Source: Chloroflexota bacterium (GTDB lineage: Bacteria; Chloroflexota; Limnocylindria; Limnocylindrales; CSP1-4). Taken from it: a DNA stretch of 52,650 nucleotides. This document shows positions 17,592 to 27,558 of the stretch, in pieces. The number at the start of each line of letters is the position of its first letter. Position 1 is the stretch's first letter. The notes under the pieces are model-generated. The model made no database searches. It worked only from the letters and a program-made list of their open reading frames with translations, and was not told the DNA's origin. The stretch is taken from the NCBI GenBank assembly GCA_005889475.1, contig VBGT01000078.1, positions 4,147 through 56,796 of the forward strand, in the 5' to 3' direction. The translations under genes were made by a program, and so were the position numbers.

Positions 17592-19565
17592 TTGACGGAC
17601 ATCGGCACCGTCCTCGGCGGGCGGTACCGCCTGGTCGAGCTGCTCGGGCAGGGCGGGATGGCCACCATCTACCGCGCCCGCGACAACCAGCTCGAGCGCG
17701 ACGTCGCCGTCAAGATCCTGCGTCCCGAGTACGGCGCCGACCCGGACTTCATCGACCGCTTCCGGCACGAAGCGCAGGCGGCCGCGTCGTTGAACCACCC
17801 GGGCATCGTCGCGGTCCACGACTACGGCACCGATCCGGCCGGCCCGTACATCGTCATGGAGCTGATCGAGGGCGAGGACCTCTCGACGATCATCCGGCGC
17901 ACCGGTGCCCTGCCGCCGCGGGCCGCCGCCCGGCTCGTCGCGCAGGCCGCGCGGGCGCTCGCCGCCGCCCACGATCGGGGCATCGTCCACCGCGACATCA
18001 AGCCGGGCAACCTGCTCGTGACGCGGGACGGGCGGGTGAAGGTGACCGATTTCGGGATCGCCCGCGCCCTGTCCGAATCGGGATTGACCCTGCCTGGGAC
18101 GACGCTCGGCTCGGTGCACTACTTCAGCCCCGAGCAGGCTCGTGGCGAGATGGCCACGCCCGCCTCCGACATCTACAGCCTGGGCATCGTGCTGTACGAG
18201 CTGCTCACGGGCCGCCGGCCGTGGACGGGTGACACCGCCGCCGCGATCGCGACGGCTCGCCTCACCGGCGCCGTGCCCAGCCCGTCGGCCGCGCATGGCG
18301 GCATCCCGCCGACGCTCGAGACGATCGACCGCAAGGCGCTCGCGCCCAACCCCGAAGAGCGGTTCGCGTCGGCGGCGGAGATGGCCGAGGCGCTCGAGTC
18401 GTTCCTCGGCGAGGAGCGGGGCGCCGACGGCCTCCGCGCCGCAGGGGTTGCTGGAGTGGCCGGTGCTGCTGTTGCTGGGGCAGCGGGAGCCAAGGGTGCG
18501 GCCGGTGGGACCGCTGCGGGGGCGGGCGCTGCCGGGGCCGGCGCTGCCGGAGCCGCCGCTGGAGGGGCGGCAGTCGGTTCGGCGGCGGGTGCCGCCTCCT
18601 CGCCGACGGTGGCCGCCGGCGTTGCACGGCCGAACCCGGGAGCGCGAATCGACTATCCCCGCGAGGCCTACGCGGGCGCGGCGCCGGTGGGCGCACGATC
18701 CCGTGGAGGCGGGCGAGGCGCTCCACCCGCCGACATGGACGAGGACGAGCGATCCGGGAGCGGCCCGTGGCTGTGGATCTCGGCGCTGTTCGCCGTGGGC
18801 GTGCTCGCGCTCGCCGCGTTCCTGCTGGTCCGATTCCTCGGCGGGTCGCCACAGGAGTCGCAGGCACCGCAGGTCCAGGTCCCCAACCTGGTCGGCAAGA
18901 CGTTCCAGGAGGCGAGCCAGGCCGCGTCGACGGTCGGCCTGATTGCCGAGCAGTCAGGCTTCGAGCAGAGCTCGGCGACCGTCGGGACGGTCATCGGCCA
19001 GGTACCACCCGAGGGCAGCACGGTCGACGCCGGGTCCAAGGTGCTGCTGACGATGGCCATCAGCCCGCAGCTGACGATCGTGCCCGACCTCCGGCTCAAG
19101 ACGGAGTCCGAAGCCCTGAACCTGATCGCCCAGGCGGGCCTCGCCATCGGCACCCGGACCGAGGCATTCGACTCGGTCGTGCCGGCCGGTTCGATCGTGA
19201 GCCAGGAACCCACGGCAGGGCAGGGCGTCGCGCCTCGCACGCCGGTGAATTACGTCGTCTCGAAGGGCCCCGAACCCTCCCCGACGCCCACGCCGACGCG
19301 CACGCCCCAACCGACACCGCCGCCGCCCCCGCCGACGCAGAACCTCAAGAACGTCGGCGACTACCGCTGCCAGCTCCTGGCGCTCGCCAAATCGGAGATC
19401 GCCGGCGACGGCTTCCAGGTCGGCACGATCACCGGCTCGCAGGACGACACATCGTGGGTCACGTGGCAGGATCCCCAGCCCGGCTCGAAGCATGCTCCCG
19501 GGACCGCGATCGCCCTCTGGACGGTCGACCAGCCGGCGCCCACGACCTGTCCCGCGCCACCGTGA
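17592..19565 (+). CDS. pknB: PASTA-domain Ser/Thr protein kinase (PknB/Stk1-like)
   Basis: LGQGGMA, VAVK, HRDIKPGN, DFGIA, YFSPEQ; TM helix; PASTA repeats (VPNLVG, VPDLR); TTG start after GGAGG. Confidence 0.9.
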   Translation: MTDIGTVLGGRYRLVELLGQGGMATIYRARDNQLERDVAVKILRPEYGADPDFIDRFRHEAQAAASLNHPGIVAVHDYGTDPAGPYIVMELIEGEDLSTIIRRTGALPPRAAARLVAQAARALAAAHDRGIVHRDIKPGNLLVTRDGRVKVTDFGIARALSESGLTLPGTTLGSVHYFSPEQARGEMATPASDIYSLGIVLYELLTGRRPWTGDTAAAIATARLTGAVPSPSAAHGGIPPTLETIDRKALAPNPEERFASAAEMAEALESFLGEERGADGLRAAGVAGVAGAAVAGAAGAKGAAGGTAAGAGAAGAGAAGAAAGGAAVGSAAGAASSPTVAAGVARPNPGARIDYPREAYAGAAPVGARSRGGGRGAPPADMDEDERSGSGPWLWISALFAVGVLALAAFLLVRFLGGSPQESQAPQVQVPNLVGKTFQEASQAASTVGLIAEQSGFEQSSATVGTVIGQVPPEGSTVDAGSKVLLTMAISPQLTIVPDLRLKTESEALNLIAQAGLAIGTRTEAFDSVVPAGSIVSQEPTAGQGVAPRTPVNYVVSKGPEPSPTPTPTRTPQPTPPPPPPTQNLKNVGDYRCQLLALAKSEIAGDGFQVGTITGSQDDTSWVTWQDPQPGSKHAPGTAIALWTVDQPAPTTCPAPP

Positions 19566-19587
19566 GCACCGGGGCCTGAGCCGGGAG

Positions 19588-20046
19588 TCAGGCCTCCAGG
19601 TCGCCGAACAGGCTCGTCCGCTCGCCCCAGCTCTCCTCCGCCTCGCCGATCGCCGGGAGTGACGGCGGCTCCGGTGATGCCTCCGCTGGCGGCACCTGCT
19701 CCGGTCGGGCGACGGTCGGGCGGAGCAGCTCGACGGGCACGAAGGCAAGAACGGGTTCGCTCACCGCCGGCTCCTCGCCGATCGGCGTGTCCTGGGGACG
19801 ATGACGGACGCGCAGGCTCGCACCTGGCGCCGGAGCGTCGGCTTCAGCGGGCCGTGCCTGCCAGCAGCCGCGGAGCTCGAGGCCGGTCAGCGGCTGCCGC
19901 TTGGGGTCCAACGCGCACCAGCCGACGTCGGCGGCGAGGGAGCGCCGGAAGTGGCGACAGGTCGAACAGGTGGTCGACGATCGACGGCAGACCCAGCAGC
20001 GCGCCGTCTCTGCCTGTGGTGCCCCGCAGTGCGGACAACGCCACAT
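19588..20046 (-). CDS. Hypothetical Cys-rich zinc-ribbon-like protein
   Basis: CPHC, CWVC, CSTC plus two more Cys; TACCAT -10 upstream. Confidence 0.7.
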   Translation of the reverse strand: MWRCPHCGAPQAETARCWVCRRSSTTCSTCRHFRRSLAADVGWCALDPKRQPLTGLELRGCWQARPAEADAPAPGASLRVRHRPQDTPIGEEPAVSEPVLAFVPVELLRPTVARPEQVPPAEASPEPPSLPAIGEAEESWGERTSLFGDLEA

Positions 20047-20120
20047 CGTTACCGGGCATGGTAGCTGCGCGTGACGCGGTACGCCACCCTGATCCGCGCC
20101 TCAGCGCGGCGGAGGAGTAG

Positions 20121-21311
20121 CTATTTCACGAAGGTCAGCGACACCCGGTCGGTCGACTCGCCGTAGACGTCGTGCGTCACAAGCACGGTTCCGACGCCGC
20201 CGCCCCTCGACAGCCTGCCGACCAGGGGCGTGGTGAAGATCGCGCGGCCATCGACGCCCGTGAACAGCTCGTTCGAGATCGGCGCCAGGCCCGGGATCTG
20301 GAGCGTGAAGAACGCCCGCGCCCCTGCGAGCGGCTTGCGCGATGGGTCGGTCACGAGGACCGTCAGCTGCAGCGAGCTCGGATGGTGCGCCACGGAGATC
20401 TGGTAGAGCGAGGCGCGCAGCTGGACGCGCATGTCGGTCGAGCCCTGCTTCAGCGTGAGCGTGGTCTGCCCCTGGTTCCCCGCGGGATCGGTGCCGCCGA
20501 TCACGATCTCCTGCCCGCCCGGCACGAGCGGCAGCGACAGCTCGAACGTGCCGTCGCGCGCGGCGACCGTCGTGATCGAGGCGTTGTTCGCCGGGTTGCG
20601 CGCGACGAGCGTCGTGCCGGCCTGCGTCGTGCCCTTGATCGTCGCATCGGGCGTGTCGACGGACGCGCCGTCCTTGGGCGAGGTGATGGTGATCTTCGGC
20701 GGCTCGACGTCGAGGATCCAGGTGACGATCGGCGAGTGCTCCGACTCCTGGTCGCCGCGGAAGAGCGTCGCCGAGATGTCGTTGCGGCCCGCGGTGAGCT
20801 GGAATGGCACGACGATCCGGCTCGTCGTGCCGACGGCCACGTCGACGATCGGGGCGGCTTCGAGACCCTGGAGCGCCAGATAGATGCGGACTCTCGCTTT
20901 CGGGTCGCCCAGGATCGCCGACGGGACCGACACGTTCAGGTCGATCGTTGCCGTCCTCGTGTACGGCTGGTCGGGTGGGGCGATTCGGGGCGAGTCCGTC
21001 GGCGGCAGGTCGGTCGACGTCGGGACGGGGGTCGCGACGAGCCGGTTGAACGCAGTCGTGAAGCCGCCCGCCAGCGCGGCCAGCGTCGGGCCGACACCGC
21101 CGCTCGCGGCCAGGAGCACACCGCCCGCGAGGATCGCGACGCCGAGGGCCAACAGGGTTCGCAACACGAGCGGCGCGCCCCGCCGGCGCGCGGAGATCCC
21201 GCGGTGCTGGCGAACGCGCCGGCGATCGGGTGCGGTGGCCTTGACCGGCTGGGTGGGCCGCCCCGTGGACGAGGGCCGGGGGCGGACGTGCGAGGCGCGA
21301 CGGCTCGTCAT
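20121..21311 (-). CDS. Membrane-anchored protein with bacterial Ig-like repeats
   Basis: Basic N-terminus, TM helix, PPKITITSPKDG and TDPAGN Ig-like signatures. Confidence 0.7.
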   Translation of the reverse strand: MTSRRASHVRPRPSSTGRPTQPVKATAPDRRRVRQHRGISARRRGAPLVLRTLLALGVAILAGGVLLAASGGVGPTLAALAGGFTTAFNRLVATPVPTSTDLPPTDSPRIAPPDQPYTRTATIDLNVSVPSAILGDPKARVRIYLALQGLEAAPIVDVAVGTTSRIVVPFQLTAGRNDISATLFRGDQESEHSPIVTWILDVEPPKITITSPKDGASVDTPDATIKGTTQAGTTLVARNPANNASITTVAARDGTFELSLPLVPGGQEIVIGGTDPAGNQGQTTLTLKQGSTDMRVQLRASLYQISVAHHPSSLQLTVLVTDPSRKPLAGARAFFTLQIPGLAPISNELFTGVDGRAIFTTPLVGRLSRGGGVGTVLVTHDVYGESTDRVSLTFVK

Positions 21312-21328
21312 TCGCGGCCTATCGTCGC

Positions 21329-21859
21329 ATGCCCGGTGTACGCTGGGTGTCGGTCCGGTGGTTGAAATCCACCGTTGGAGTGGGGGAGTCCTTGCAACCA
21401 GGAGGTCCCAAGCCGAGTCGCGGGGCCCGCGCCGCCGGGCGTCCGCCCTTCGGACTGGGCCCGATCGCGCGCGTCTCGACGGTCCACGCGCCCGAGGCAC
21501 CGGCGCAGCCGGAGCCGTATGCCCCGGCGCAGCCCGGGCGGCCGCCGGATCGTCGTTTCGGCGTCATCGGCGGCGGCTACGCGCCGGGTGCCCGGCTCGA
21601 CCCGGCCCGCACGCGGGCGTTCGGGCTGCCGAACCTGCGTCGGAACGTGTGCCCGCACTTCTACGTGACCGGCTCTCGGGGCGCGCTGCCGATCCACGCC
21701 CCGCACCTGCTCAAGGGCATCGTCCGCCAGGACAGCGTCGTCTCTCGCTGCCAGCTTCGCGGCGGCGTGCACCTCGAGCAGAGCTACGTCAACGACGTGT
21801 GCCTCTCGCCCCGCTTCAACCAGTGCGTCTTCTACGAGGAGGAGCTGAGCGGCCATTGA
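21329..21859 (+). CDS. Hypothetical protein with a C-terminal four-Cys domain
   Basis: CPHFY...RCQL...VCLSPRFNQCVFY; stop overlaps the folC TTG; start uncertain (TTG 21392 is an alternative). Confidence 0.6.
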   Translation: MPGVRWVSVRWLKSTVGVGESLQPGGPKPSRGARAAGRPPFGLGPIARVSTVHAPEAPAQPEPYAPAQPGRPPDRRFGVIGGGYAPGARLDPARTRAFGLPNLRRNVCPHFYVTGSRGALPIHAPHLLKGIVRQDSVVSRCQLRGGVHLEQSYVNDVCLSPRFNQCVFYEEELSGH

Positions 21860-23235
21860 GCCGGCCGGGTCCGGTCGGGGTCGCCGAGGCCGCCGCGTAT
21901 CACGACGCCGTCCGGGCGCTGACCGAGCGCGGGCGGTTCGGGATCCGTCTGGGCCTGGCTCGGACACGCGCGCTCCTCAAGGCATTCGGCGATCCGCAGC
22001 TCGAGCTGCGGGGTGCGCTCGTCGGCGGCACGAATGGCAAGGGCAGCGTCCTGGCCCTCGCCGGAGCCGCGCTGCGTGCAGCCGGGACCCGGGTCGGGAC
22101 GACCCCCAAGCCGCACCTCGTCAGCTACCGCGAGCGGCTGGAGATCGACGGCCGGCCGATCGACCCGGTGACGTTCGCGCGGCTCGTTCGGGAGGTCGTG
22201 GCCGCAGCTGGTGGTGTCGAGCGTCGACACGGGCCGCCGACGGAGTTCGAGCTGCTCACGGCCATGCTCTTCCGCTGGTTCGCCGAGGAGCGGGTCGAGG
22301 TCGCGCTCGTCGAGGTCGGCCTGGGCGGGCGGCTCGACGCCACGCACGCCTGGGACGGCGGCGTCGCGGCGATCACGAACGTCGCCCTCGACCACATGGC
22401 CTGGCTCGGCGACACGATCCCGGCGATCGCGCGCGAGAAGGCGGCGATCATCGAGCGCGGCGATCGGGCCGTGACGGGTGCGACGGGCGACGCGCTCGCG
22501 GTCATCCGCCGTCGAGCGAGGCGCGTTGGGGCACCGCTGCTCGAGGTCAGCGCGGCGCCGCTCGTGGGCTGGGACCGCGATGGCATCGACGTCGAGCTCC
22601 CTGCCCTCGGTTCGACGCGAATCTCGCTCCGCGGCCGGCACCAGGCCGAGAACGCGGCCGTCGCCGACGCCCTGCTCGACCAGCTCGCCGCGGCGGGCAT
22701 CGCTTCGGTGGACGCCGCGGCCCGTCGCCGAGGCTATGCGAGCGCGACGTGGCCCGGCCGGCTCGAGCTCCTCGACGTCCTCGGCCGCGAGGTCCTGCTC
22801 GACGGCGCACACAATCCCGCCGGCGCGGCGGCCCTCGCCACCGCCCTCGACGACCTGCGCCCGTACCTGCTCGGCGGCGCCGAGCCGGGCCCGCCGGCGA
22901 TGACCCTCGTCCACGCATCGATGGCCGACAAGGATGTCGATGGGATCATCCACGCCCTCGACGGGGCGGCCGCGCTGGAGAGCGCGCGTATCATCGCGAC
23001 CCAGGTCCCGGGCGAGCGTGCCCTGCCCGCCGCGGAGCTCGCAAGGCGCTGGGGAGTCGTCCGTCCGGACGGCCGAGTGGATGCGGTCCCCGACGTCGGC
23101 GAGGCGCTCGGACGGGCCGTCGACGATGCGGCGGGCACGATCGTCGTCGCCGGCTCGCTGTACCTCGTCGGCGAGGCGCGGCGCCGATGGCTGGACGACC
23201 CGCGGACGCGCGATCCGGAGGTGCCGGCGACATGA
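21856..23235 (+). CDS. folC: Folylpolyglutamate synthase/dihydrofolate synthase
   Basis: GTNGKGS, PHL, EVGLGGRLDAT, DH, WPGRLE, LDGAHNP, AGSLYLVGE. Confidence 0.95.
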   Translation: MSRPGPVGVAEAAAYHDAVRALTERGRFGIRLGLARTRALLKAFGDPQLELRGALVGGTNGKGSVLALAGAALRAAGTRVGTTPKPHLVSYRERLEIDGRPIDPVTFARLVREVVAAAGGVERRHGPPTEFELLTAMLFRWFAEERVEVALVEVGLGGRLDATHAWDGGVAAITNVALDHMAWLGDTIPAIAREKAAIIERGDRAVTGATGDALAVIRRRARRVGAPLLEVSAAPLVGWDRDGIDVELPALGSTRISLRGRHQAENAAVADALLDQLAAAGIASVDAAARRRGYASATWPGRLELLDVLGREVLLDGAHNPAGAAALATALDDLRPYLLGGAEPGPPAMTLVHASMADKDVDGIIHALDGAAALESARIIATQVPGERALPAAELARRWGVVRPDGRVDAVPDVGEALGRAVDDAAGTIVVAGSLYLVGEARRRWLDDPRTRDPEVPAT

Positions 23236-24218
23236 CCCGCGAGCGATCGGTCCCGCAGGAAGACTCGGCGAGCGTGATGCCCGCGCGGCCCGAGCTGGGC
23301 GGCGCGAGCGCAACGCCATCGTTCACCCTGCCCGTGGGCGCGCCCGACGGCATGCCGGCGGGGCTCGGCGAGACCCGGATCGGGCCGCGCACGTTCCGGT
23401 GGAGCGAGCGGACGTTCGTGATGGGCATCGTCAACGTCACGCCGGACTCGTTCTCCGGCGACGGCCTGCTCAGCGGGTCCAACGGCGATGGCGCCGCGAA
23501 CGGGGTGGCCGCGGCAGTCCAGCAGGCGCGGGAGATGGCGGCCGATGGGGCGGACCTCCTCGACATCGGCGGCGAGTCGACGCGGCCGGGTCATGCCGAG
23601 GTCGGCGCCGACGAGGAAGTCCGGCGCGTGGTGCCGGTCGTGCGCGCAATCCACGAGGCGCTACCGGAGATGCCGCTGACGGTCGATACGACGAAGCCCG
23701 GCGTGGCGGCGGCCGCGCTGGACGCGGGCGCCGGCGCGATCAACGACGTCTGGGGCGTGGCCCGCGACGATGCCCTGGCACGCCTCGCCGGCGAGCGTCG
23801 CGTGCCGATCGTGCTGATGCACAACCGGGCTGAGCCGCGCTACGCGAACCTCCTACCCGAGATCCTCGCCGATCTCCAGGGCGCCCTCGAGCGCGCGCTC
23901 GTCGCCGGCGTCAGCTGGACGAACCTGCTCGTCGATCCGGGCTTCGGCTTCGGCAAGACACCCGACCAGAACCTCGCCCTGCTCCGCGAGCTCGGCAGCC
24001 TGCGTCTCCTGGGCCGCCCGATCGTCCTCGGCACGTCGCGGAAGTCGACCCTCGGCAAGGTGCTCGACCTGCCCGCCGACGAGCGGCTCGAGGCAACGCT
24101 CGCGACCACGGCGCTCGCCGTCGCGGCGGGGGTCGACATCGTCCGGGTCCATGACGTGCGGGCAAACGTCCGGGCCGCACGCATCGCCGACGCCGTGGTC
24201 CGCGGCGACTCCCGATGA
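23232..24218 (+). CDS. folP: Dihydropteroate synthase
   Basis: MGIVNVTPDSFS, DIGGESTRPG, DPGFGFGK, SRKS, VRVHDV. Confidence 0.95.
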   Translation: MTRERSVPQEDSASVMPARPELGGASATPSFTLPVGAPDGMPAGLGETRIGPRTFRWSERTFVMGIVNVTPDSFSGDGLLSGSNGDGAANGVAAAVQQAREMAADGADLLDIGGESTRPGHAEVGADEEVRRVVPVVRAIHEALPEMPLTVDTTKPGVAAAALDAGAGAINDVWGVARDDALARLAGERRVPIVLMHNRAEPRYANLLPEILADLQGALERALVAGVSWTNLLVDPGFGFGKTPDQNLALLRELGSLRLLGRPIVLGTSRKSTLGKVLDLPADERLEATLATTALAVAAGVDIVRVHDVRANVRAARIADAVVRGDSR

Positions 24219-24589
24219 GCGACCGCGTCGTGCTGGCCGGCCTGGAGTTCCTCGCCCGGCACGGGGTGAACGACTGGGAGAAGGTCGAGCCGCAGCGATT
24301 CGAGGTCGATCTGGAGCTGGCGCTCGACGTGCACCCGGCGGCGCTCGCGGACGACCTGGCGAAATCGGTCGACTACCGCGGCGTGTACGACACGACCCGC
24401 CGCGTGGTCGAGGACAACACGTTCGATCTCATCGAGACGCTGGCCGAGGCGATCGCCCGCGAGGTGCTCGGCGCCAATGCTGCGGTCGAGGAGGTGACGG
24501 TGCGGGTCCGCAAGCCCGACGTCGAGCTCGGCGGCCCCATCGCGTATGCCGGCGTCGAGATCCGTCGCCGGCGCGAGGGCGGAGGCTAG
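24215..24589 (+). CDS. folB: Dihydroneopterin aldolase
   Basis: HGV..WEK, SVDY, LIETLAE, VRKP. Confidence 0.92.
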   Translation: MSDRVVLAGLEFLARHGVNDWEKVEPQRFEVDLELALDVHPAALADDLAKSVDYRGVYDTTRRVVEDNTFDLIETLAEAIAREVLGANAAVEEVTVRVRKPDVELGGPIAYAGVEIRRRREGGG

Positions 24590-25956
24590 AGGCCCTCCGG
24601 CCGCGTCCCGAGGGTCACGCTGATCTCGATCTGCGCGGTCCCGCGCAGGACCGTCAGCTTCACCGCCTGGCCGGGCGCGTAGCTGGTCAACATCGCGTCG
24701 AGCGGGTGCTCCGAATCGACCGTCTGTCCCTCGATCGCGAGGACGATATCGCCGGCCTTGAGGCCCGCCTTCTCGGCCGGGCTGCCAGGGTTGATGGCGG
24801 GCAGAGTGGCGCCCGATGCGTCGGTCTGCGGCTCGATCAGTGCCCCGTGGTCGACCGTCAGGTTGTTGTCTTTCTTGACCTTCAGGTCGATCTGGACGTA
24901 GCGGATCCCGACGTACGGCCGGGCCAGCTTCTCGCCGGCGAGCGCCTGGGCCATGATCGGGCGGGCGATGTCGATCGGGATGGCGAAGCCGATGCCGTTG
25001 GAGTTCGCCTCGACCGCGGTGTTGATGCCGATGACCTGGCCCGCCGCGTCGAGGAGCGGGCCGCCGCTGTTACCGGGGTTGATGGCGGCGTCGGTCTGGA
25101 TGAGGTTGGTGAGGTGCACCCCGGCCTCGACGTCGATGCTGCGCCCGGTCGCCGAGATGATCCCGGTGGTGACCGTGCTGGTGTACGTCCCGAGCGGCGA
25201 GCCGATCGCGATCGCCAATTGGCCGACCTTGATGTCGGCGGACCGGCCCATCGGCGCCGAGGGCAGCCCGGCCGCGTCGACCTTGACGATCGCGAGGTCG
25301 GTCAGCGTGTCGATGCCGTAGACCGTGCCCTTGAACTCGCGGCCGTCCTTGAGCTCGACCGTGAGCTCCGAGGCGATGGCGCCGTCCTGGGTTCGCACGA
25401 CGTGCCGGTTGGTCAGGATCCAGCCCGCCGGGTCGTAGATCACGCCCGAGCCGACGCCGCGGTCCGGGATCGTGCCGCCGAGCGGGCCGGTCGTCGTGCC
25501 GATCGCGGTGATGCGGACGACAGCGGGGCTGACGCTGGCCGCCGCGGTCACCACCGCCGACGAATCGTCGATGGCGATCGGATTGGGGGTCTGTCCGGCG
25601 GCCAGGCTGCCCGAGCCCGGTCCCGCCGGTCGATCGAGCGCCCCGGTGCCCTCGAGGACGATGACCGTGCCGCCGGAGGCCAGCACCGCCGACAGCAGTG
25701 CCGCGCCGAGGATCCGCCAGAGCCCGTCTAGGCCGTTCCTGCGGCTCGCGGTCACGGTTGGCGTTGACGGCGTCACGGGCTCCGTGGGCGCCACCGATGC
25801 GGGGGCGGTCTCGCTCGGGTCGAGCCAGGCCGATCGCGTCCACTCGGGCCGAGGCTCCGGCGGGGGTGAATAGGCGACGGTTTCGCCCTGCGGTGCTGGT
25901 GTCTCCGCCTCGAGCGCGTCGTCACGCGGCTCGGGGGGACGCGGCTGCTCGGTCAT
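24586..25956 (-). CDS. htrA: HtrA/DegP-family serine protease with PDZ domain
   Basis: TNRHV, DLA, QTDAAINPGNSGGPL; N-terminal TM; C-terminal PDZ. Confidence 0.93.
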   Translation of the reverse strand: MTEQPRPPEPRDDALEAETPAPQGETVAYSPPPEPRPEWTRSAWLDPSETAPASVAPTEPVTPSTPTVTASRRNGLDGLWRILGAALLSAVLASGGTVIVLEGTGALDRPAGPGSGSLAAGQTPNPIAIDDSSAVVTAAASVSPAVVRITAIGTTTGPLGGTIPDRGVGSGVIYDPAGWILTNRHVVRTQDGAIASELTVELKDGREFKGTVYGIDTLTDLAIVKVDAAGLPSAPMGRSADIKVGQLAIAIGSPLGTYTSTVTTGIISATGRSIDVEAGVHLTNLIQTDAAINPGNSGGPLLDAAGQVIGINTAVEANSNGIGFAIPIDIARPIMAQALAGEKLARPYVGIRYVQIDLKVKKDNNLTVDHGALIEPQTDASGATLPAINPGSPAEKAGLKAGDIVLAIEGQTVDSEHPLDAMLTSYAPGQAVKLTVLRGTAQIEISVTLGTRPEGL

Positions 25957-25962
25957 GTGCTC

Positions 25963-27558
25963 CTAGGGTGCCGGCTCCGGGTTCAGGTTCTGGGCTTGTG
26001 CCGGTGAAGTTTCCGCCACGCGCTGAGAATCCGATGAGGACGGCGGTCGCGGGATCGCCGGGAGCGTGACCCGGAATGTCGTCCCCGCCCCCAGCCGGCT
26101 CTCGACGGTCACCGAGCCGCCGTGCATCTCGACGATGCTGCGCACGATGGCCAGGCCCAGCCCGCTGCCGCTGCCGCGCGCCTCGCTGGCGCCCGAGCCG
26201 CGGAAGAACCGGTCGAAGATCCGGGGCAGCTCGGCGGGGTCGATGCCCACGCCCGTGTCGGTGACGGTGATCGTCGCGCCGCCCTCGGCGTCGCCGCGGA
26301 CCTGTACACCGACCCGCCCGCCGCGAGGCGTGAACTTGATCGCATTGCCCACGAGGTTCGCGACGACCTGGCCGATGCGGACCGGATCGTGCCGGATCTG
26401 GATCGGTGACTCGGGCCGCTCCATCGTCAGCTCGACGCCGCGCCGGCGCGCCGTCGCGGCGGACTGCTCCACAGCCTGCTCCACCGCGGAGCGGAGGTCG
26501 TCGGGCCGCAGGTCGAGCAGGACCAGGCCGGAGTCGAGCTTGGAGAGCTCGAGCAGGTTCTGGGCGAGCCAGTCCAGGCGCTCCAGCTGCGCGCGACTCG
26601 ACTCGAGGAACTCCGCCCGCGTCGACGGGTCATCTGCCGCGCCCTCCACGAGCAGCTCGTTGAACGTTCGCACCGCGGCGATCGGCGTGCGCAGCTCGTG
26701 CGAGACGTCGGCGAGGAACTCCCGGCTCCGGTCGCGGTCGCTGCGGATGATCTCGATGCTCTGCTGCAGCCGCTCGGCCATCGCGTTGAACTGCAGGCCA
26801 AGCTCCGACAGCTCGACCGGCCCGTCCTCGATCGCGTCGGATGGCACGCGCCTCGCGAAGTCGCCGTCGGCCAGGTCGCGGCTCGCCTCGGTGAGCCGGC
26901 GCAGCGGCGTCGTGATCCGCCGTGTGAGCATGGCCGCGACCACCACCGCGATCGCGAGCGCGATGAGGCCGATGATCGCGAGCAGCCCGGTGACGTTCGA
27001 GATCGCGGCTGCGCGGTACGTGTATGGGTTGAGCAGCGTCACCTCGACCGCGTAGGGCACGATCGCGGAGCTCACCTCGACCACGACCGGCGAGCTGGTC
27101 ATCCGCTCGCGGAACTGGTTCGGTGCGGCCTGGGCCTGCTCCGAGGCGGCGAACGCGCCGTTCGCTGCCGGCTGGAACGCGTCCCCGTCCAACCTCCCGA
27201 GGCGGACCTGCACATCCGCCTGGGCAAGGCGATCGGCGATGATCCGCTGCTGCCGGTCGAGCCCCAGCTCGAAGGCCACGGTCGGATCGACCTGGCCGTC
27301 GGCCGACACCACCGGCCGCCCGGCGCGGACCGACGGGGCGCTCTCGGCGACGAGGATCACGTACTGCGCGACGCCGCGGGCCCGCGCCGCGAGGTCGTCG
27401 GCCTGCTGCTGGTCGAAGTACGCGCCGAGCCGGTTGACGACCAGCAGCCCGACGAGCCCGAGCGTCATCGCCACCACGGCGACGAACGCCAGGGTCAGCC
27501 GGCCCTGGAACGTCCGGGGCGCGAGGCGGTCAACGCTCGGCGAATGCGTACCCGACAC
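25963..27558 (-). CDS. HAMP-domain sensor histidine kinase
   Basis: DVSHELRTP, NLVGNAIKF, DTGVG, GSGLGL; start uncertain (GTG 27558 or ATG 27597). Confidence 0.92.
   Translation of the reverse strand: MSGTHSPSVDRLAPRTFQGRLTLAFVAVVAMTLGLVGLLVVNRLGAYFDQQQADDLAARARGVAQYVILVAESAPSVRAGRPVVSADGQVDPTVAFELGLDRQQRIIADRLAQADVQVRLGRLDGDAFQPAANGAFAASEQAQAAPNQFRERMTSSPVVVEVSSAIVPYAVEVTLLNPYTYRAAAISNVTGLLAIIGLIALAIAVVVAAMLTRRITTPLRRLTEASRDLADGDFARRVPSDAIEDGPVELSELGLQFNAMAERLQQSIEIIRSDRDRSREFLADVSHELRTPIAAVRTFNELLVEGAADDPSTRAEFLESSRAQLERLDWLAQNLLELSKLDSGLVLLDLRPDDLRSAVEQAVEQSAATARRRGVELTMERPESPIQIRHDPVRIGQVVANLVGNAIKFTPRGGRVGVQVRGDAEGGATITVTDTGVGIDPAELPRIFDRFFRGSGASEARGSGSGLGLAIVRSIVEMHGGSVTVESRLGAGTTFRVTLPAIPRPPSSSDSQRVAETSPAQAQNLNPEPAP
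26023..26039 (-). promoter_or_regulatory. Putative OmpR-family (MprA-box-like) site upstream of htrA
   Basis: Minus strand CCTCAT-N5-TCTCAG with 11-bp period, inside the kinase 3' tail. Confidence 0.45.

Noticed and set aside
20884-23235. Apparent 783-aa FolC fusion
   Set aside because: The extra N-terminus is antisense to the Ig-like gene and out of frame with the Cys ORF; FolC starts at about 21856
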